In this document: positions 9,717-19,308 of the stretch, piece after piece
How the letters are laid out: every line of letters begins with the position of its first letter
How positions within the stretch are numbered: the first letter of the stretch is position 1
Notes under the pieces: generated by a model
The model's input: the letters and a program-made list of their open reading frames with translations, nothing else
The model's database searches: none
What the model was told of the DNA's origin: nothing
Made by a program: the position numbers and the translations under genes
Source: Anaerolentibacter hominis
GTDB taxonomy: Bacteria; Bacillota; Clostridia; Lachnospirales; Lachnospiraceae
Direction of reading: 5' to 3'
Assembly (NCBI RefSeq): GCF_032380675.1
Contig: NZ_JAWDIX010000004.1
Location: 95,560 to 159,559 of the forward strand
DNA: 64,000 nucleotides

Positions 9717-10307
9717 ATGGAGAAGAAGGTCTGGAAACCGGGCAATATGCTGTATCCGCTGCCTGCTGTTATGGTAAGCTGCGCTGATTTGGAGGGCAGG
9801 CCCAATATCATTACAGTGGCGTGGACGGGAACTGTTTGCTCTGATCCGCCGATGGTATCTGTATCGGTGAGGCCGTCCAGATTTTCCTATCATATGATTC
9901 AGGAGACACAGGAATTTGTGATAAATCTGACGACGAAGAAGCTGCTGCGGGCCGCGGATTATTGTGGCGTTGCATCGGGCAGAGACGTGGATAAATTCAG
10001 TAAGATGGGATTAACCGCCCGGCCGGCTGAGAAAGTGAAGGCTCCGCTTATTGAGGAGAGTCCGGTTAACCTGGAATGCAGGGTAAAGCAGGTGATTCCT
10101 CTTGGAAGCCATGATATGTTTCTGGCGGAGATCGTGTGTGTGGATGTGGATGCAGCGTATCTGGATGATAAGGGGAAATTTCATCTGGATGCGGCAGAGC
10201 CGGTTGTTTACTCGCACGGAACTTATTATGGATTGGGCAAAGGCCTGGGGACGTTTGGATTTTCCGTTCGCGGCGCACAGAAAATTGTACGAAGAAAGAA
10301 AGGCTGA
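9717..10307 (+). CDS. flavin reductase-like (FMN-binding split-barrel) family protein
   Basis: ORF with LYPLPAVMVSC...ITVAWTG flavin-reductase-like N-terminus; start at MEKKVWK (ATG 9717) with AGGAAGGA SD. Confidence 0.7.
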   Translation: MEKKVWKPGNMLYPLPAVMVSCADLEGRPNIITVAWTGTVCSDPPMVSVSVRPSRFSYHMIQETQEFVINLTTKKLLRAADYCGVASGRDVDKFSKMGLTARPAEKVKAPLIEESPVNLECRVKQVIPLGSHDMFLAEIVCVDVDAAYLDDKGKFHLDAAEPVVYSHGTYYGLGKGLGTFGFSVRGAQKIVRRKKG

Positions 10308-10379
10308 ATGAAATTTTCAGCCTGCACCATAAAAGATCGAAGATACGGGGCCGGCAGTTTTGCCGGCAGGAGAAGAAAA

Positions 10380-10916
10380 GTGGAGAACAATAATATTGTA
10401 CTGATTGGTATGCCTGCGGCGGGAAAGAGTACGATAGGGGTTATACTCGCCAAGGCGATGGGGTTTCGGTTTGTGGATTCAGATCTGCTGATTCAGGAGA
10501 CGGAAGGACGTCTGCTGAGTGAAATTATAGTAGAAGAAGGAATTGATTCATTTATTGCAATAGAGAATCGGATCAATGCGGGTATTCTGGCAGAACGCAG
10601 CATTATCTCGCCGGGAGGCAGTGTAGTCTATGGAGAAGAAGCCATGGAGCACCTGCGGGAGATTGGGACGGTGGTGTACTTAAGACTGAGCTATACGGTA
10701 TTGAAAAAGAGAATCGGTAACCCGAAAAAACGGGGAGTCGTATTAAAAGATGGCCAGTCATTGAAGGATCTGTATAAGGAACGGTGTCCTCTTTATGAGA
10801 AATATGCACATATTATCGTGGATGCGGACGGACTGAGCGTTGGCCAGCTGATGCAGAAGACGAGGGAAGCAATTGAAACCTTCCGGAATGGGAAGGAAAA
10901 ACTGGGCGGTACCTGA
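10380..10916 (+). CDS. aroK: shikimate kinase
   Basis: Walker A GMPAAGKST right after the start; size about 178 aa; GTG start with AGGAGA SD. Confidence 0.8.
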   Translation: MENNNIVLIGMPAAGKSTIGVILAKAMGFRFVDSDLLIQETEGRLLSEIIVEEGIDSFIAIENRINAGILAERSIISPGGSVVYGEEAMEHLREIGTVVYLRLSYTVLKKRIGNPKKRGVVLKDGQSLKDLYKERCPLYEKYAHIIVDADGLSVGQLMQKTREAIETFRNGKEKLGGT

Positions 10917-11051
10917 AGTTTTTAGGGCCGGGAAATGCCGGATACTGCCATGTTTTTGACAAAAAGTGTTTTCATATGCGGGCCTGTGTGCTATAATGGG
11001 AAAGCTGTTAAATTTTTGGAACGAAAAAAGAGATTATATTCGAGGTGTGCA

Positions 11052-12350
11052 ATGGACCAATATATTATAAAAGGGGGGAAACCCCTTGCAGGTGAGGTTG
11101 TAATCGGCGGCGCGAAGAATGCTGCTCTTGGCATTTTGGCTGCAGCGACAATGACCGATGAAACTGTGACCATTGATAACTTACCAAATATACGAGATAT
11201 AAATGTTTTGATTCAGGCCATTGAGGGCATTGGCGCTACGGTGGAAAAGACAGAAAAGCATGTAGTGAAAATCAATGCCAGAAATATCCACGCCTGGGAT
11301 GTAGACAATGAATATATCAGAAAAATCAGAGCTTCCTATTATCTTCTGGGAGCGCTGCTGGGAAAATACAAGAAAGCCAGAGTTGCTCTTCCGGGTGGCT
11401 GCAATATCGGCAGCAGGCCGATTGATCAGCATATAAAGGGTTTTAAAGCGCTGGGTGCGGAAGTTACGATTGGGCAGGATATGATCTGTGTGGAAGCGGA
11501 ACACTTAAAGGGTAATCATATTTATCTGGATGTGGTCAGCGTCGGCGCTACGATTAATATTATGCTGGCTGCCTGTATGGCAGAAGGTAAAACGATACTG
11601 GAGAATGTGGCTAAGGAACCTCATGTTGTTGATGTGGCGAACTTTTTAAACAGCATGGGCGCCAATATAAAAGGTGCGGGGACTGATGTCATCCGTATTA
11701 CAGGCGTGCCGAGCCTGCATGCAACAGAATATTCTATTATTCCGGACCAGATAGAGGCGGGAACCTTTATGTTTGCCGCGGCAGCTACCAAGGGAGATAT
11801 CCTGATTAAAAATGTTATCCCGAAGCATCTGGAGTCCATAACGGCCAAGTTAATTGAGATTGGCGCTAATGTTGAAGAATTTGATGATGCCGTCAGAGTT
11901 GTTGCGACCAAGCGTCTGGGACATACGCAGGTGAAAACACTGCCCTATCCGGGATTTCCCACGGATATGCAGCCTCAGATTACAACACTCCTGGCTATGT
12001 CAGGCGGGACCAGCATTGTGACGGAAAGTATTTTTGAAAACCGTTTTATGTATGTGGATGAGCTTTTCAAGATGGGAGCTGATATCAAGGTAGAGGGAAA
12101 TACGGCCATTGTCAGCGGTGTGAACGGGCTTACCGGAGCAACGGTATGTGCGCCTGATCTGCGCGCGGGTGCGGCACTTGTCATTGCAGGCCTGGCGGCG
12201 GACGGTTATACAATGGTTGAACAGATACATTTTATTGAACGGGGCTATGAAACATTCGAGAGAAAGATGCAGATGCTGGGAGCCGATATGGCAAAGGTAA
12301 ATGTGGAAGACGAGCGGGCAATCCGCAAGTTCAAATTTAAAGTAGGCTAA
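11052..12350 (+). CDS. murA: UDP-N-acetylglucosamine 1-carboxyvinyltransferase
   Basis: EPSP-synthase-fold enzyme, about 432 aa, with the active-site Cys loop (LPGGCNIGSRPID); start MDQYIIKGG at ATG 11052 with GAGGTG SD. Confidence 0.9.
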   Translation: MDQYIIKGGKPLAGEVVIGGAKNAALGILAAATMTDETVTIDNLPNIRDINVLIQAIEGIGATVEKTEKHVVKINARNIHAWDVDNEYIRKIRASYYLLGALLGKYKKARVALPGGCNIGSRPIDQHIKGFKALGAEVTIGQDMICVEAEHLKGNHIYLDVVSVGATINIMLAACMAEGKTILENVAKEPHVVDVANFLNSMGANIKGAGTDVIRITGVPSLHATEYSIIPDQIEAGTFMFAAAATKGDILIKNVIPKHLESITAKLIEIGANVEEFDDAVRVVATKRLGHTQVKTLPYPGFPTDMQPQITTLLAMSGGTSIVTESIFENRFMYVDELFKMGADIKVEGNTAIVSGVNGLTGATVCAPDLRAGAALVIAGLAADGYTMVEQIHFIERGYETFERKMQMLGADMAKVNVEDERAIRKFKFKVG

Positions 12351-12417
12351 TAAGTATTGGGGTTTGAATAAAAGGGGAGGGAAATGCGTCAAAGAAATTT
12401 GCTGTGTTTCCCGGGAA

Positions 12418-12459
12418 AGCGCCTGCAGGTCATAGAGTGGCCTGCAGGCGCTTTTCTTT
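12418..12459 (+). terminator. rho-independent terminator after murA
   Basis: 11-bp perfect stem GCGCCTGCAGG...CCTGCAGGCGC followed by TTTTCTTT. Confidence 0.8.
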
Positions 12460-12579
12460 ATTTAAGGCAGTTTGCCGGCATTTGTTACAATAAGACGGGC
12501 TGCGAAATGACCGGCGCGATTGTTTTGCAGGGAATCGGGGCATACTGAGGCATATTGAAAGAAAAAATCAGCGTTGCTA

Positions 12580-12624
12580 TTGACAAAATACGAAATACAG
12601 CGTAATATACCTAATAGGGGTATA
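12580..12624 (+). promoter_or_regulatory. copA promoter (TTGACA-17-TAATAT) with overlapping CsoR-type operator TATACC-N7-GGTATA
   Basis: promoter hexamers with 17-nt spacer; GC-cored inverted repeat overlapping -10 and +1, resembling CsoR operators; csoR encoded in the same operon. Confidence 0.6.
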
Positions 12625-12658
12625 TAGTATATGCCAAAATGATTGAAGAAAGCAGGGG

Positions 12659-14920
12659 ATGAATTTGAAAGAAGAAATTTATATAATCGAAGGTATGACC
12701 TGTGCCGCCTGCTCCAGCGGCGTGGAACGGGCCACCAGGAAGATAGACGGAGTAGAGCGCAGCGATGTGAATCTGACAACCGGCAGAATGACCATTGTGT
12801 ATGATGATTCGAAAGTAGATGAAGAACTGATCAAGGCAAAAGTGGTAAAGGCCGGATTTGGTATTCATAAATATGAGGCGCCGGGGGCTGATGAAAAGAA
12901 GCTGACAGCCATGGAGCAAGAAAAAGAGCATAAGAATTTTAAGAGACGGCTGATCACCGCTATAGTATTTTCAGTGGGACTGCTCTATCTTGCTATGGGG
13001 CACATGCTGCCCTTTGAGCTGCCGGTACCGGATATTATTCATATGAATACGCACCCGCTGAATTTTGCTTTGCTGCAGCTGGTCTTAACAATCCCGGTTC
13101 TCTACTGCGGACGGCAGTTTTATCTGATTGGATTTAAGACACTGTTCCACGGGAATCCCAATATGGATTCTTTGGTAGCAGTGGGAACAAGCAGTGCATT
13201 TATTTACAGTCTGGTTCAGACGATTCTGATTCCATCCAATCCAATGAATGCACATCATCTTTATTATGAATCGGCGGCGGTTGTGGTCACACTTGTCATG
13301 CTGGGCAAATATTTGGAGAGCAACAGCCAGAGAAAGACATCCGGAGCTATTCAGAAGCTGATGGAGCTCACTCCGGAGACTGCGATTGTGGAAAAAGACG
13401 GAAAAGAAGTCACTGTTTCGATCAGTGAGCTGAGAAAAGGCGACATTATTGTCATTAAGCCAGGTTCACGGGTACCCCAGGATGGTATCGTCGTACGAGG
13501 CGGGAGCAGCGTGGACGAATCCATGCTGACCGGTGAGAGTATACCTGTGGAAAAGAGCGCGGGAGACGAAGTGATCGGCGGAAGCATGAATTACAATGGG
13601 GTTATGTATGTGGAAGTCAGCCGTACCGGTGAAGACACTACCCTTGCAAAGATCATAAAGCTGATTGAGGATGCGCAGGGCAAAAAGGCCCCTATTTCCA
13701 AGATTGCAGATAAAGTGGCCGGCTACTTTGTGCCGGCGGTTATGATCATTGCCCTGGCAGCTTCCGTAATATGGCTGCTGCTTGGCTATGATCTGGCCTT
13801 TGTGCTGAAAATATTTGTTTCTGTTCTGGTTATCGCCTGCCCCTGTGCCCTGGGGCTTGCCACTCCTACGGCAATTATGGTAGGAACCGGACTTGGCGCC
13901 AGCAATGGTATTTTAATTAAGAGCGGAGAAGCACTGGAAACAACACACAAGGTTGATACCGTTGTCCTGGATAAGACCGGTACGATTACGGAGGGTAAAC
14001 CTCAGGTAGTGGATATTGTAAGCCAGGATATGGAGCCGGATGAACTTCTCCAGCTTGCTGCCGCCGTTGAGGCCGGGTCGGAGCATCCTCTGGCGCAGGC
14101 TATTGTAGCAAGAGCCAGAGAAAAACGGGAGGACGGCGTTCTTTATCCTGCGGAAGAGTTTGAAAGCATTACCGGTATGGGCGTACAGGCAAAGGTTCAG
14201 GACCATATGGTGCTGGTGGGCAATATAAAGCTGCTGGAGGGCCATAATGGGATTGAAGAGGCCGGTGAATATAAAGAGCAGGCCGCGGTTTTGGCAGGCC
14301 GGGGACAGACGCCGATGTTTGTTTCTGTGGATCAGAAGGTTCAGGGTATCATTAGTGTGGCCGATACAGTAAAGGAAACAAGTATCGAGGCGATTGAGAA
14401 AATGAAGGGCCTGGGCATTGAAGTATATATGCTGACCGGTGATAACAAGCTGACGGCAGATTACATCGGACGGCAGGTTAAAGTGGACGGCGTTATCTCC
14501 GAGGTACTCCCGGGAGACAAGGCGCAGGTAGTTGCGGACTTGCAGGCGAAGGGTAAAAAAGTTATGATGGTGGGAGACGGTATCAATGATGCACCGGCGC
14601 TGGTGCAGGCGGATATCGGAACAGCCATTGGAAACGGCAGCGACGTGGCGATAGAGTCCAGTGATATTGTGCTGATGAAATCAGATCTTCGGGATGTCTA
14701 TAAGTCAATTAAACTGAGTAAGCTGACAATCCGCAATATCAAGCAGAACCTGTTTTGGGCGTTCTTTTATAATACGATCGGTATTCCGGTAGCGGCCGGG
14801 CTTCTGTTCCCGATAAACGGAATGCTGCTGAGTCCTATGATCGGCGGATTTGCTATGTCGCTGAGTTCGATCTGCGTTGTGGGCAATGCACTTCGTCTGC
14901 GCACAAAGAAGCTGGATTAA
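12659..14920 (+). CDS. copA: copper-translocating P1B-type ATPase
   Basis: N-terminal HMA domain GMTCAACSSG, TM CPC motif (ACPCALGLATP), DKTGTIT phosphorylation site, GDGINDAP hinge. Confidence 0.92.
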   Translation: MNLKEEIYIIEGMTCAACSSGVERATRKIDGVERSDVNLTTGRMTIVYDDSKVDEELIKAKVVKAGFGIHKYEAPGADEKKLTAMEQEKEHKNFKRRLITAIVFSVGLLYLAMGHMLPFELPVPDIIHMNTHPLNFALLQLVLTIPVLYCGRQFYLIGFKTLFHGNPNMDSLVAVGTSSAFIYSLVQTILIPSNPMNAHHLYYESAAVVVTLVMLGKYLESNSQRKTSGAIQKLMELTPETAIVEKDGKEVTVSISELRKGDIIVIKPGSRVPQDGIVVRGGSSVDESMLTGESIPVEKSAGDEVIGGSMNYNGVMYVEVSRTGEDTTLAKIIKLIEDAQGKKAPISKIADKVAGYFVPAVMIIALAASVIWLLLGYDLAFVLKIFVSVLVIACPCALGLATPTAIMVGTGLGASNGILIKSGEALETTHKVDTVVLDKTGTITEGKPQVVDIVSQDMEPDELLQLAAAVEAGSEHPLAQAIVARAREKREDGVLYPAEEFESITGMGVQAKVQDHMVLVGNIKLLEGHNGIEEAGEYKEQAAVLAGRGQTPMFVSVDQKVQGIISVADTVKETSIEAIEKMKGLGIEVYMLTGDNKLTADYIGRQVKVDGVISEVLPGDKAQVVADLQAKGKKVMMVGDGINDAPALVQADIGTAIGNGSDVAIESSDIVLMKSDLRDVYKSIKLSKLTIRNIKQNLFWAFFYNTIGIPVAAGLLFPINGMLLSPMIGGFAMSLSSICVVGNALRLRTKKLD

Positions 14921-14951
14921 GAGAGTAATCAGTAACCAGGAGGAGAAATGT

Positions 14952-15248
14952 ATGTCTGAGGAAAGCGGTAAAAAGAAGCACAGAGACACAGATGAATATA
15001 CCAGACTGATTCACAGGCTGAACCGGATCGAGGGTCAGGTCAGGGGAGTCAGAAGGATGGTGGAGGAAGAGGTTTATTGTGTGGATATCCTCACCCAGGT
15101 ATCCGCGATTCAGTCTGCGCTCAACAGCTTCAGTAAAGAATTGCTGGAAGATCACATCCGCACCTGCGTTGTCCGGGATATAAAGGATGACAAGGAAGAT
15201 GAGGTCATAGATGAATTGATGAAAACATTGAGAAAACTTATGAAATAA
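14952..15248 (+). CDS. csoR: copper-sensing transcriptional repressor CsoR
   Basis: 98-aa CsoR/RcnR-fold protein with C-H-C signature (YCVDIL...HIRTC); GGAGGA SD; ATG 14952 preferred over the longer track ORF. Confidence 0.85.
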   Translation: MSEESGKKKHRDTDEYTRLIHRLNRIEGQVRGVRRMVEEEVYCVDILTQVSAIQSALNSFSKELLEDHIRTCVVRDIKDDKEDEVIDELMKTLRKLMK

Positions 15249-15261
15249 GGAGGATAAGAAA

Positions 15262-15459
15262 ATGACAGTATTAAATGTGAAGGAAATGGCGTGTGAGCAT
15301 TGCGTAAAGAGGATTACAGACGTCTTAACAGCCGCAGGCCTTAAGTTTGAGGTGAATCTGGCCGATAAGACCGTGAGCGTGGACGGGGATGAGGCGGCGG
15401 TTAAGCTGGCGATCTCCGAGATGGACGATATTGGTTTTACTGCACAGGCAGCGAACTAG
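15262..15459 (+). CDS. copZ: copper chaperone CopZ (HMA domain)
   Basis: 65-aa ferredoxin-like HMA protein with MACEHC metal-binding motif; AGGAGGA SD. Confidence 0.85.
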   Translation: MTVLNVKEMACEHCVKRITDVLTAAGLKFEVNLADKTVSVDGDEAAVKLAISEMDDIGFTAQAAN

Positions 15460-15464
15460 AGAAA

Positions 15465-15507
15465 AAGGCCGGACGGATTTTGTTTAATCTGTCCGGCCTT
15501 TCTTTTA
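15465..15507. terminator. bidirectional terminator between copZ and metK
   Basis: AAAGGCCGGACGG...CTGTCCGGCCTTT with T-runs on both strands. Confidence 0.75.
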
Positions 15508-15515
15508 TTCTGATA

Positions 15516-16703
15516 TTATTTATCAGCAGCGAGCTTCTTTAGCTCATCCGCCTTGTCAAGTTTTTCCCATGGAAGATCCAGATCAGATCTGCCAAAATGA
15601 CCGTAGGCCGCGGTCTGCTTATAGATCGGCCTCCTTAAGTCCAGCATCTGTATAATACCAGCCGGACGCAGATCAAAGGCTTCCCGTACGATATCGCTTA
15701 ATGCTTCATCGCTTATTTTGCCTGTGCCGAATGTATCAACCATGACAGAAGTGGGCTGTGCAACGCCGATGGCATAAGAAAGCTGCACCTCACATTTATC
15801 GGCCAGGCCGGCTGCTACTACATTTTTGGCCGCATAGCGGGCGGCGTACGCAGCAGAACGGTCTACCTTGGTACAATCCTTGCCTGAAAAGGCCCCGCCG
15901 CCGTGGCGGGCAGCCCCGCCGTAAGTATCAACTATAATCTTCCTGCCGGTAACGCCGCTGTCCCCGTTGGGACCGCCGATAACAAAACGGCCGGTGGGGT
16001 TGATGTAGAATTTTGTATCCTCATCGATCATTTCACCGGGAAGAACCGGGTCAAATACATATTTTTTGATATCTTCATGAATCTGTTCCTGTGTCACATC
16101 AGATTTATGCTGGGTGGAAAGAACTACCGCATTCAGATGGATCGGTCTGCCCTGTTCATCGTATTCCACTGTTACCTGTGACTTGCCGTCCGGACGCAGA
16201 TAAGGCAGCGTGCCATCCTTGCGGACCTTGGTAAGCTGTCTGGTGAGCCGGTGTGCAAGGTGAATCGGATATGGCATATATTCTGGTGTTTCATTCGTGG
16301 CATAGCCGAACATCATGCCCTGATCCCCGGCGCCGATTGCCTCAATATCTTCATTAGACATTCTGGCTTCCAAAGCCTTGTTGACCCCCATTGCGATATC
16401 AGGGGACTGCTCGTCCAGCGCAACGATTACGCCGCAGGTATCTGCATCAAATCCGGCATTGGAAGAGGTATAGCCCACCCCCCGAATCGTGTCCCGGACA
16501 ATTTTCTGAATATCAACATAACCTCTGGTAGTTACTTCTCCCATTACCAGGACCAGTCCGGTGGTAACAGCTGTTTCACAGGCCACGCGGCTCATGGGGT
16601 CCTGCTCCAGCAGAGCATCTAATATGGCATCGGAAATCTGATCACAGATTTTATCGGGATGCCCTTCTGTAACTGACTCAGAAGTAATCAGTCTTTTGTT
16701 CAT
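15516..16703 (-). CDS. metK: S-adenosylmethionine synthetase
   Basis: motifs GHPDK, GAGDQGxMFGYA, [12 protein letters not shown]; start MNKRLITSE (ATG 16703) with AAGGAGA SD. Confidence 0.95.
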   Translation of the reverse strand: MNKRLITSESVTEGHPDKICDQISDAILDALLEQDPMSRVACETAVTTGLVLVMGEVTTRGYVDIQKIVRDTIRGVGYTSSNAGFDADTCGVIVALDEQSPDIAMGVNKALEARMSNEDIEAIGAGDQGMMFGYATNETPEYMPYPIHLAHRLTRQLTKVRKDGTLPYLRPDGKSQVTVEYDEQGRPIHLNAVVLSTQHKSDVTQEQIHEDIKKYVFDPVLPGEMIDEDTKFYINPTGRFVIGGPNGDSGVTGRKIIVDTYGGAARHGGGAFSGKDCTKVDRSAAYAARYAAKNVVAAGLADKCEVQLSYAIGVAQPTSVMVDTFGTGKISDEALSDIVREAFDLRPAGIIQMLDLRRPIYKQTAAYGHFGRSDLDLPWEKLDKADELKKLAADK

Positions 16704-16797
16704 TTGTAAATCTCCTTTCATATCTCTGGTCTCAGGCCCTGTACAGGCCTGAACATATAGCTATAACGATACAACCTTTCCTATATTCAGTCAAGCA

Positions 16798-17310
16798 TTA
16801 CTGGATCTCCTGTCGAATTTGATTGAAATTATAGGCAATAAGCAGAATCATAAGCAGGTTAATCACACCCAGAATCATGGCGAGAATCTCAATATAAAAC
16901 AGATTGGCCGTTATAAAGAAGCAGATCTGGAAGATACAATAAAAATTCCGTATCCCCGCCAGTGTGTTGGCCCGCGCGGTAAGCCCGCTCTGCCGGCAAA
17001 GAGCGCTGATTCCGGCCAGCAGCATAAACCAGAAGGCCACATTGATAAAATATACAATTGCATGAACCAGATAGATGTTAATAGGAACCACCCACGTAAC
17101 AGCGCTATAGCAGATCAGTACGATACAGACCGGTTTGAATTTCCTGAAACCGGAGGAAAGCTTTTCAAAATCGCACAGTGCCAGAAAGATCAGGATATAC
17201 CCGATGAAGTTCGGCAGAATATCCAGTGAGGCGCCTCCCAGACCAATATTAAAATCTAAATGAATCAACAGCATGGCAACGATAAGTTTCATAAATGTTT
17301 TCTTGTTCAT
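16798..17310 (-). CDS. hypothetical multi-pass membrane protein
   Basis: 170-aa ORF with 4-5 hydrophobic helices; weak GGGG SD; antisense purine-rich ORF 16819-17229 disregarded. Confidence 0.45.
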   Translation of the reverse strand: MNKKTFMKLIVAMLLIHLDFNIGLGGASLDILPNFIGYILIFLALCDFEKLSSGFRKFKPVCIVLICYSAVTWVVPINIYLVHAIVYFINVAFWFMLLAGISALCRQSGLTARANTLAGIRNFYCIFQICFFITANLFYIEILAMILGVINLLMILLIAYNFNQIRQEIQ

Positions 17311-17483
17311 ATCCCCGTAACCCTTCTCTTATGTAAACTATAGTCCGGGATAAATCCCGCAGTAAAGAACAGTATAACATAGTTTGGGGACGTTAAAAAC
17401 CCTAATAGCTCCGTCAAATAACAGAAAATATAAAATAAGTTTATACTTCATGAAATGTTTATAAAGTTTCCCGACAGCCGGTG

Positions 17484-17705
17484 GAAATATGGTATAATAT
17501 TCGAAAGCCAAGCCATGCAAGACCAGGAGCCGGAAGAATCCTATGCTTGCATAAAGGATTCTTCCGGCTCCTGGTCTTATAGGGCGCAGCCCGAAACCGA
17601 GCCGACCGGAGGAAGGCGAGGTTGCATGGCTTGCGGATAGCAGACAGGGCGCAGCCCGAAACCGAGCCGACCGGAGGAAGGCGAGGTTGCATGGCTTGCA
17701 GCGGC
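17484..17705 (+). promoter_or_regulatory. extended -10 promoter (TGgTATAAT) plus about 200-nt highly structured leader upstream of the two-component system
   Basis: perfect 24-bp hairpin (17519-17578); 12-nt strand CAAGCCATGCAA (17509-17520) complementary to TTGCATGGCTTG in each copy of a 54-nt tandem direct repeat (17581-17634, 17646-17699). Confidence 0.5.
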
Positions 17706-17736
17706 ATACTAATTTACTTCGACCTGGAGGTTTTTC

Positions 17737-19308
17737 ATGAAACTGCGGGAACGTCTGATGACGGCTTTTTTAATCACGATGCTATTTCCAATTTTGCTGC
17801 TGGCAGTTGCCGGCGGCCTGATTTACGTGCTGCAGAATAATTCGATTGAGAAACATTATGATGTAAATGACGGTGTTACGCAGGTCCTATACAGCCCGAT
17901 CCGGATTTTTGATAAAGCGACAAAGGAAACCTTTGCACAGGTTCAGAAGACGGCAGCAGAGAACCCTGAGAAGTTTGAAGATATGGAATATCTCACCGGG
18001 CTTGATCAGGAGTTAAACACCTGCTCATCCTTCCTGCTGGTGCGAAAGGGAAACGAAATTTTTTATAATGGCGATGCTTCCGCTTACCGCACAATGGAAG
18101 CGGAGCTGCCCGACTATTCAGGGCCGGATTCCTATGAAGGAAGCTATTACATGAGCGGGGAGAAGGCGTTTCTGCTCAAGCAGCAGGATTTTTTATTCTC
18201 GGATGGATCAGAGGGATCGCTTTTCCTGGTGACGGATGTGAATACGCTCCTGCCCCAGGCTAAATCTTTTATCAGCCAGATACTATTTTCGATTGTTTTG
18301 ATTCTCTGCATCACGGCATTGATCCTGACCTACTGGATCTATCAGGGAATTTTCCGGCCGCTGAGCGAGCTGTGGAAGGCTACCAATGAAATACAGAAGG
18401 GAAACCTGGAGTATTCGATTAAGGCGGAGTCGAACGACGAGATCGGCATGCTGTGCAGAGATTTTGAGAAGATGCGTATCCGCCTGAAAGCGATGATTGA
18501 CCGCCAGATACAGTATCAGGAGGACTCCAGGGAACTGGTGGGGAATATTTCCCATGATCTGAAGACTCCGCTGACGGCGATAAAGGGATATACAGAAGGC
18601 ATCATGGATGGTATCGCAGATACTCCCCAGAAGCAGGAGAAGTACCTGAAAACGATTTATGCCAAAGCGAATGACATGACCTATCTGGTGGACGAACTGG
18701 CTGATTTTACGAAAATCGAGAGTGATGCCATGGTTTATAATTTCAAGGAATTAAATGTTGCGGAATTTTTCTCGGACTGTATTAATGAACGCAGCCTGGA
18801 TATGGAGGTAAAAAATATAGAACTCTGCTACTATAACGAGATTCCGCAGGATGTGACGGTTATGGCCGATGGAGAGCAGCTAAAGAGGGTAATTAATAAT
18901 ATTTTCGGGAATTCTCTGAAATATATGGACAAGAAGAAAGGGATTATCAATATACGGATCAAAGACCAGGGTGACTTTGTGGCAATTCAGATAGAGGACA
19001 ACGGCAAAGGGATTGCCAAGGATGAAGTGGATCATATTTTTGAGAGATTTTACCGGACGGATGCTTCCAGAAATTCGGCAAAAGGTGGAAGCGGACTGGG
19101 GCTTTCCATTGCCAAGAAGATTATTGATGATCACGGGGGAAAAATATATGCGAAGAGCGGAGAGGGCATGGGAACTGCGATCTGCTTTACGCTGAAAAAA
19201 TACGGAGCCAGAGGGGAGAAGGCTGAGGCTGAAATTCCGGTGCCTCCGCCGAAGAAACGAATTATAAGGATTCCTTCCAATCCATTTAAAAATCATGAAA
19301 GGATGTGA
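17737..19308 (+). CDS. sensor histidine kinase (TM sensor + HAMP + HisKA + HATPase_c)
   Basis: two TM segments flanking an extracytoplasmic domain; H-box SHDLKTPLT; N/G1/G2 boxes (DNGKGI, GGSGLGLSI). Confidence 0.9.
   Translation: MKLRERLMTAFLITMLFPILLLAVAGGLIYVLQNNSIEKHYDVNDGVTQVLYSPIRIFDKATKETFAQVQKTAAENPEKFEDMEYLTGLDQELNTCSSFLLVRKGNEIFYNGDASAYRTMEAELPDYSGPDSYEGSYYMSGEKAFLLKQQDFLFSDGSEGSLFLVTDVNTLLPQAKSFISQILFSIVLILCITALILTYWIYQGIFRPLSELWKATNEIQKGNLEYSIKAESNDEIGMLCRDFEKMRIRLKAMIDRQIQYQEDSRELVGNISHDLKTPLTAIKGYTEGIMDGIADTPQKQEKYLKTIYAKANDMTYLVDELADFTKIESDAMVYNFKELNVAEFFSDCINERSLDMEVKNIELCYYNEIPQDVTVMADGEQLKRVINNIFGNSLKYMDKKKGIINIRIKDQGDFVAIQIEDNGKGIAKDEVDHIFERFYRTDASRNSAKGGSGLGLSIAKKIIDDHGGKIYAKSGEGMGTAICFTLKKYGARGEKAEAEIPVPPPKKRIIRIPSNPFKNHERM

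Noticed and set aside
16819-17229. 136-aa + ORF antisense to the membrane protein gene
   Set aside because: Purine-rich mirror of the minus-strand TM gene. No RBS.
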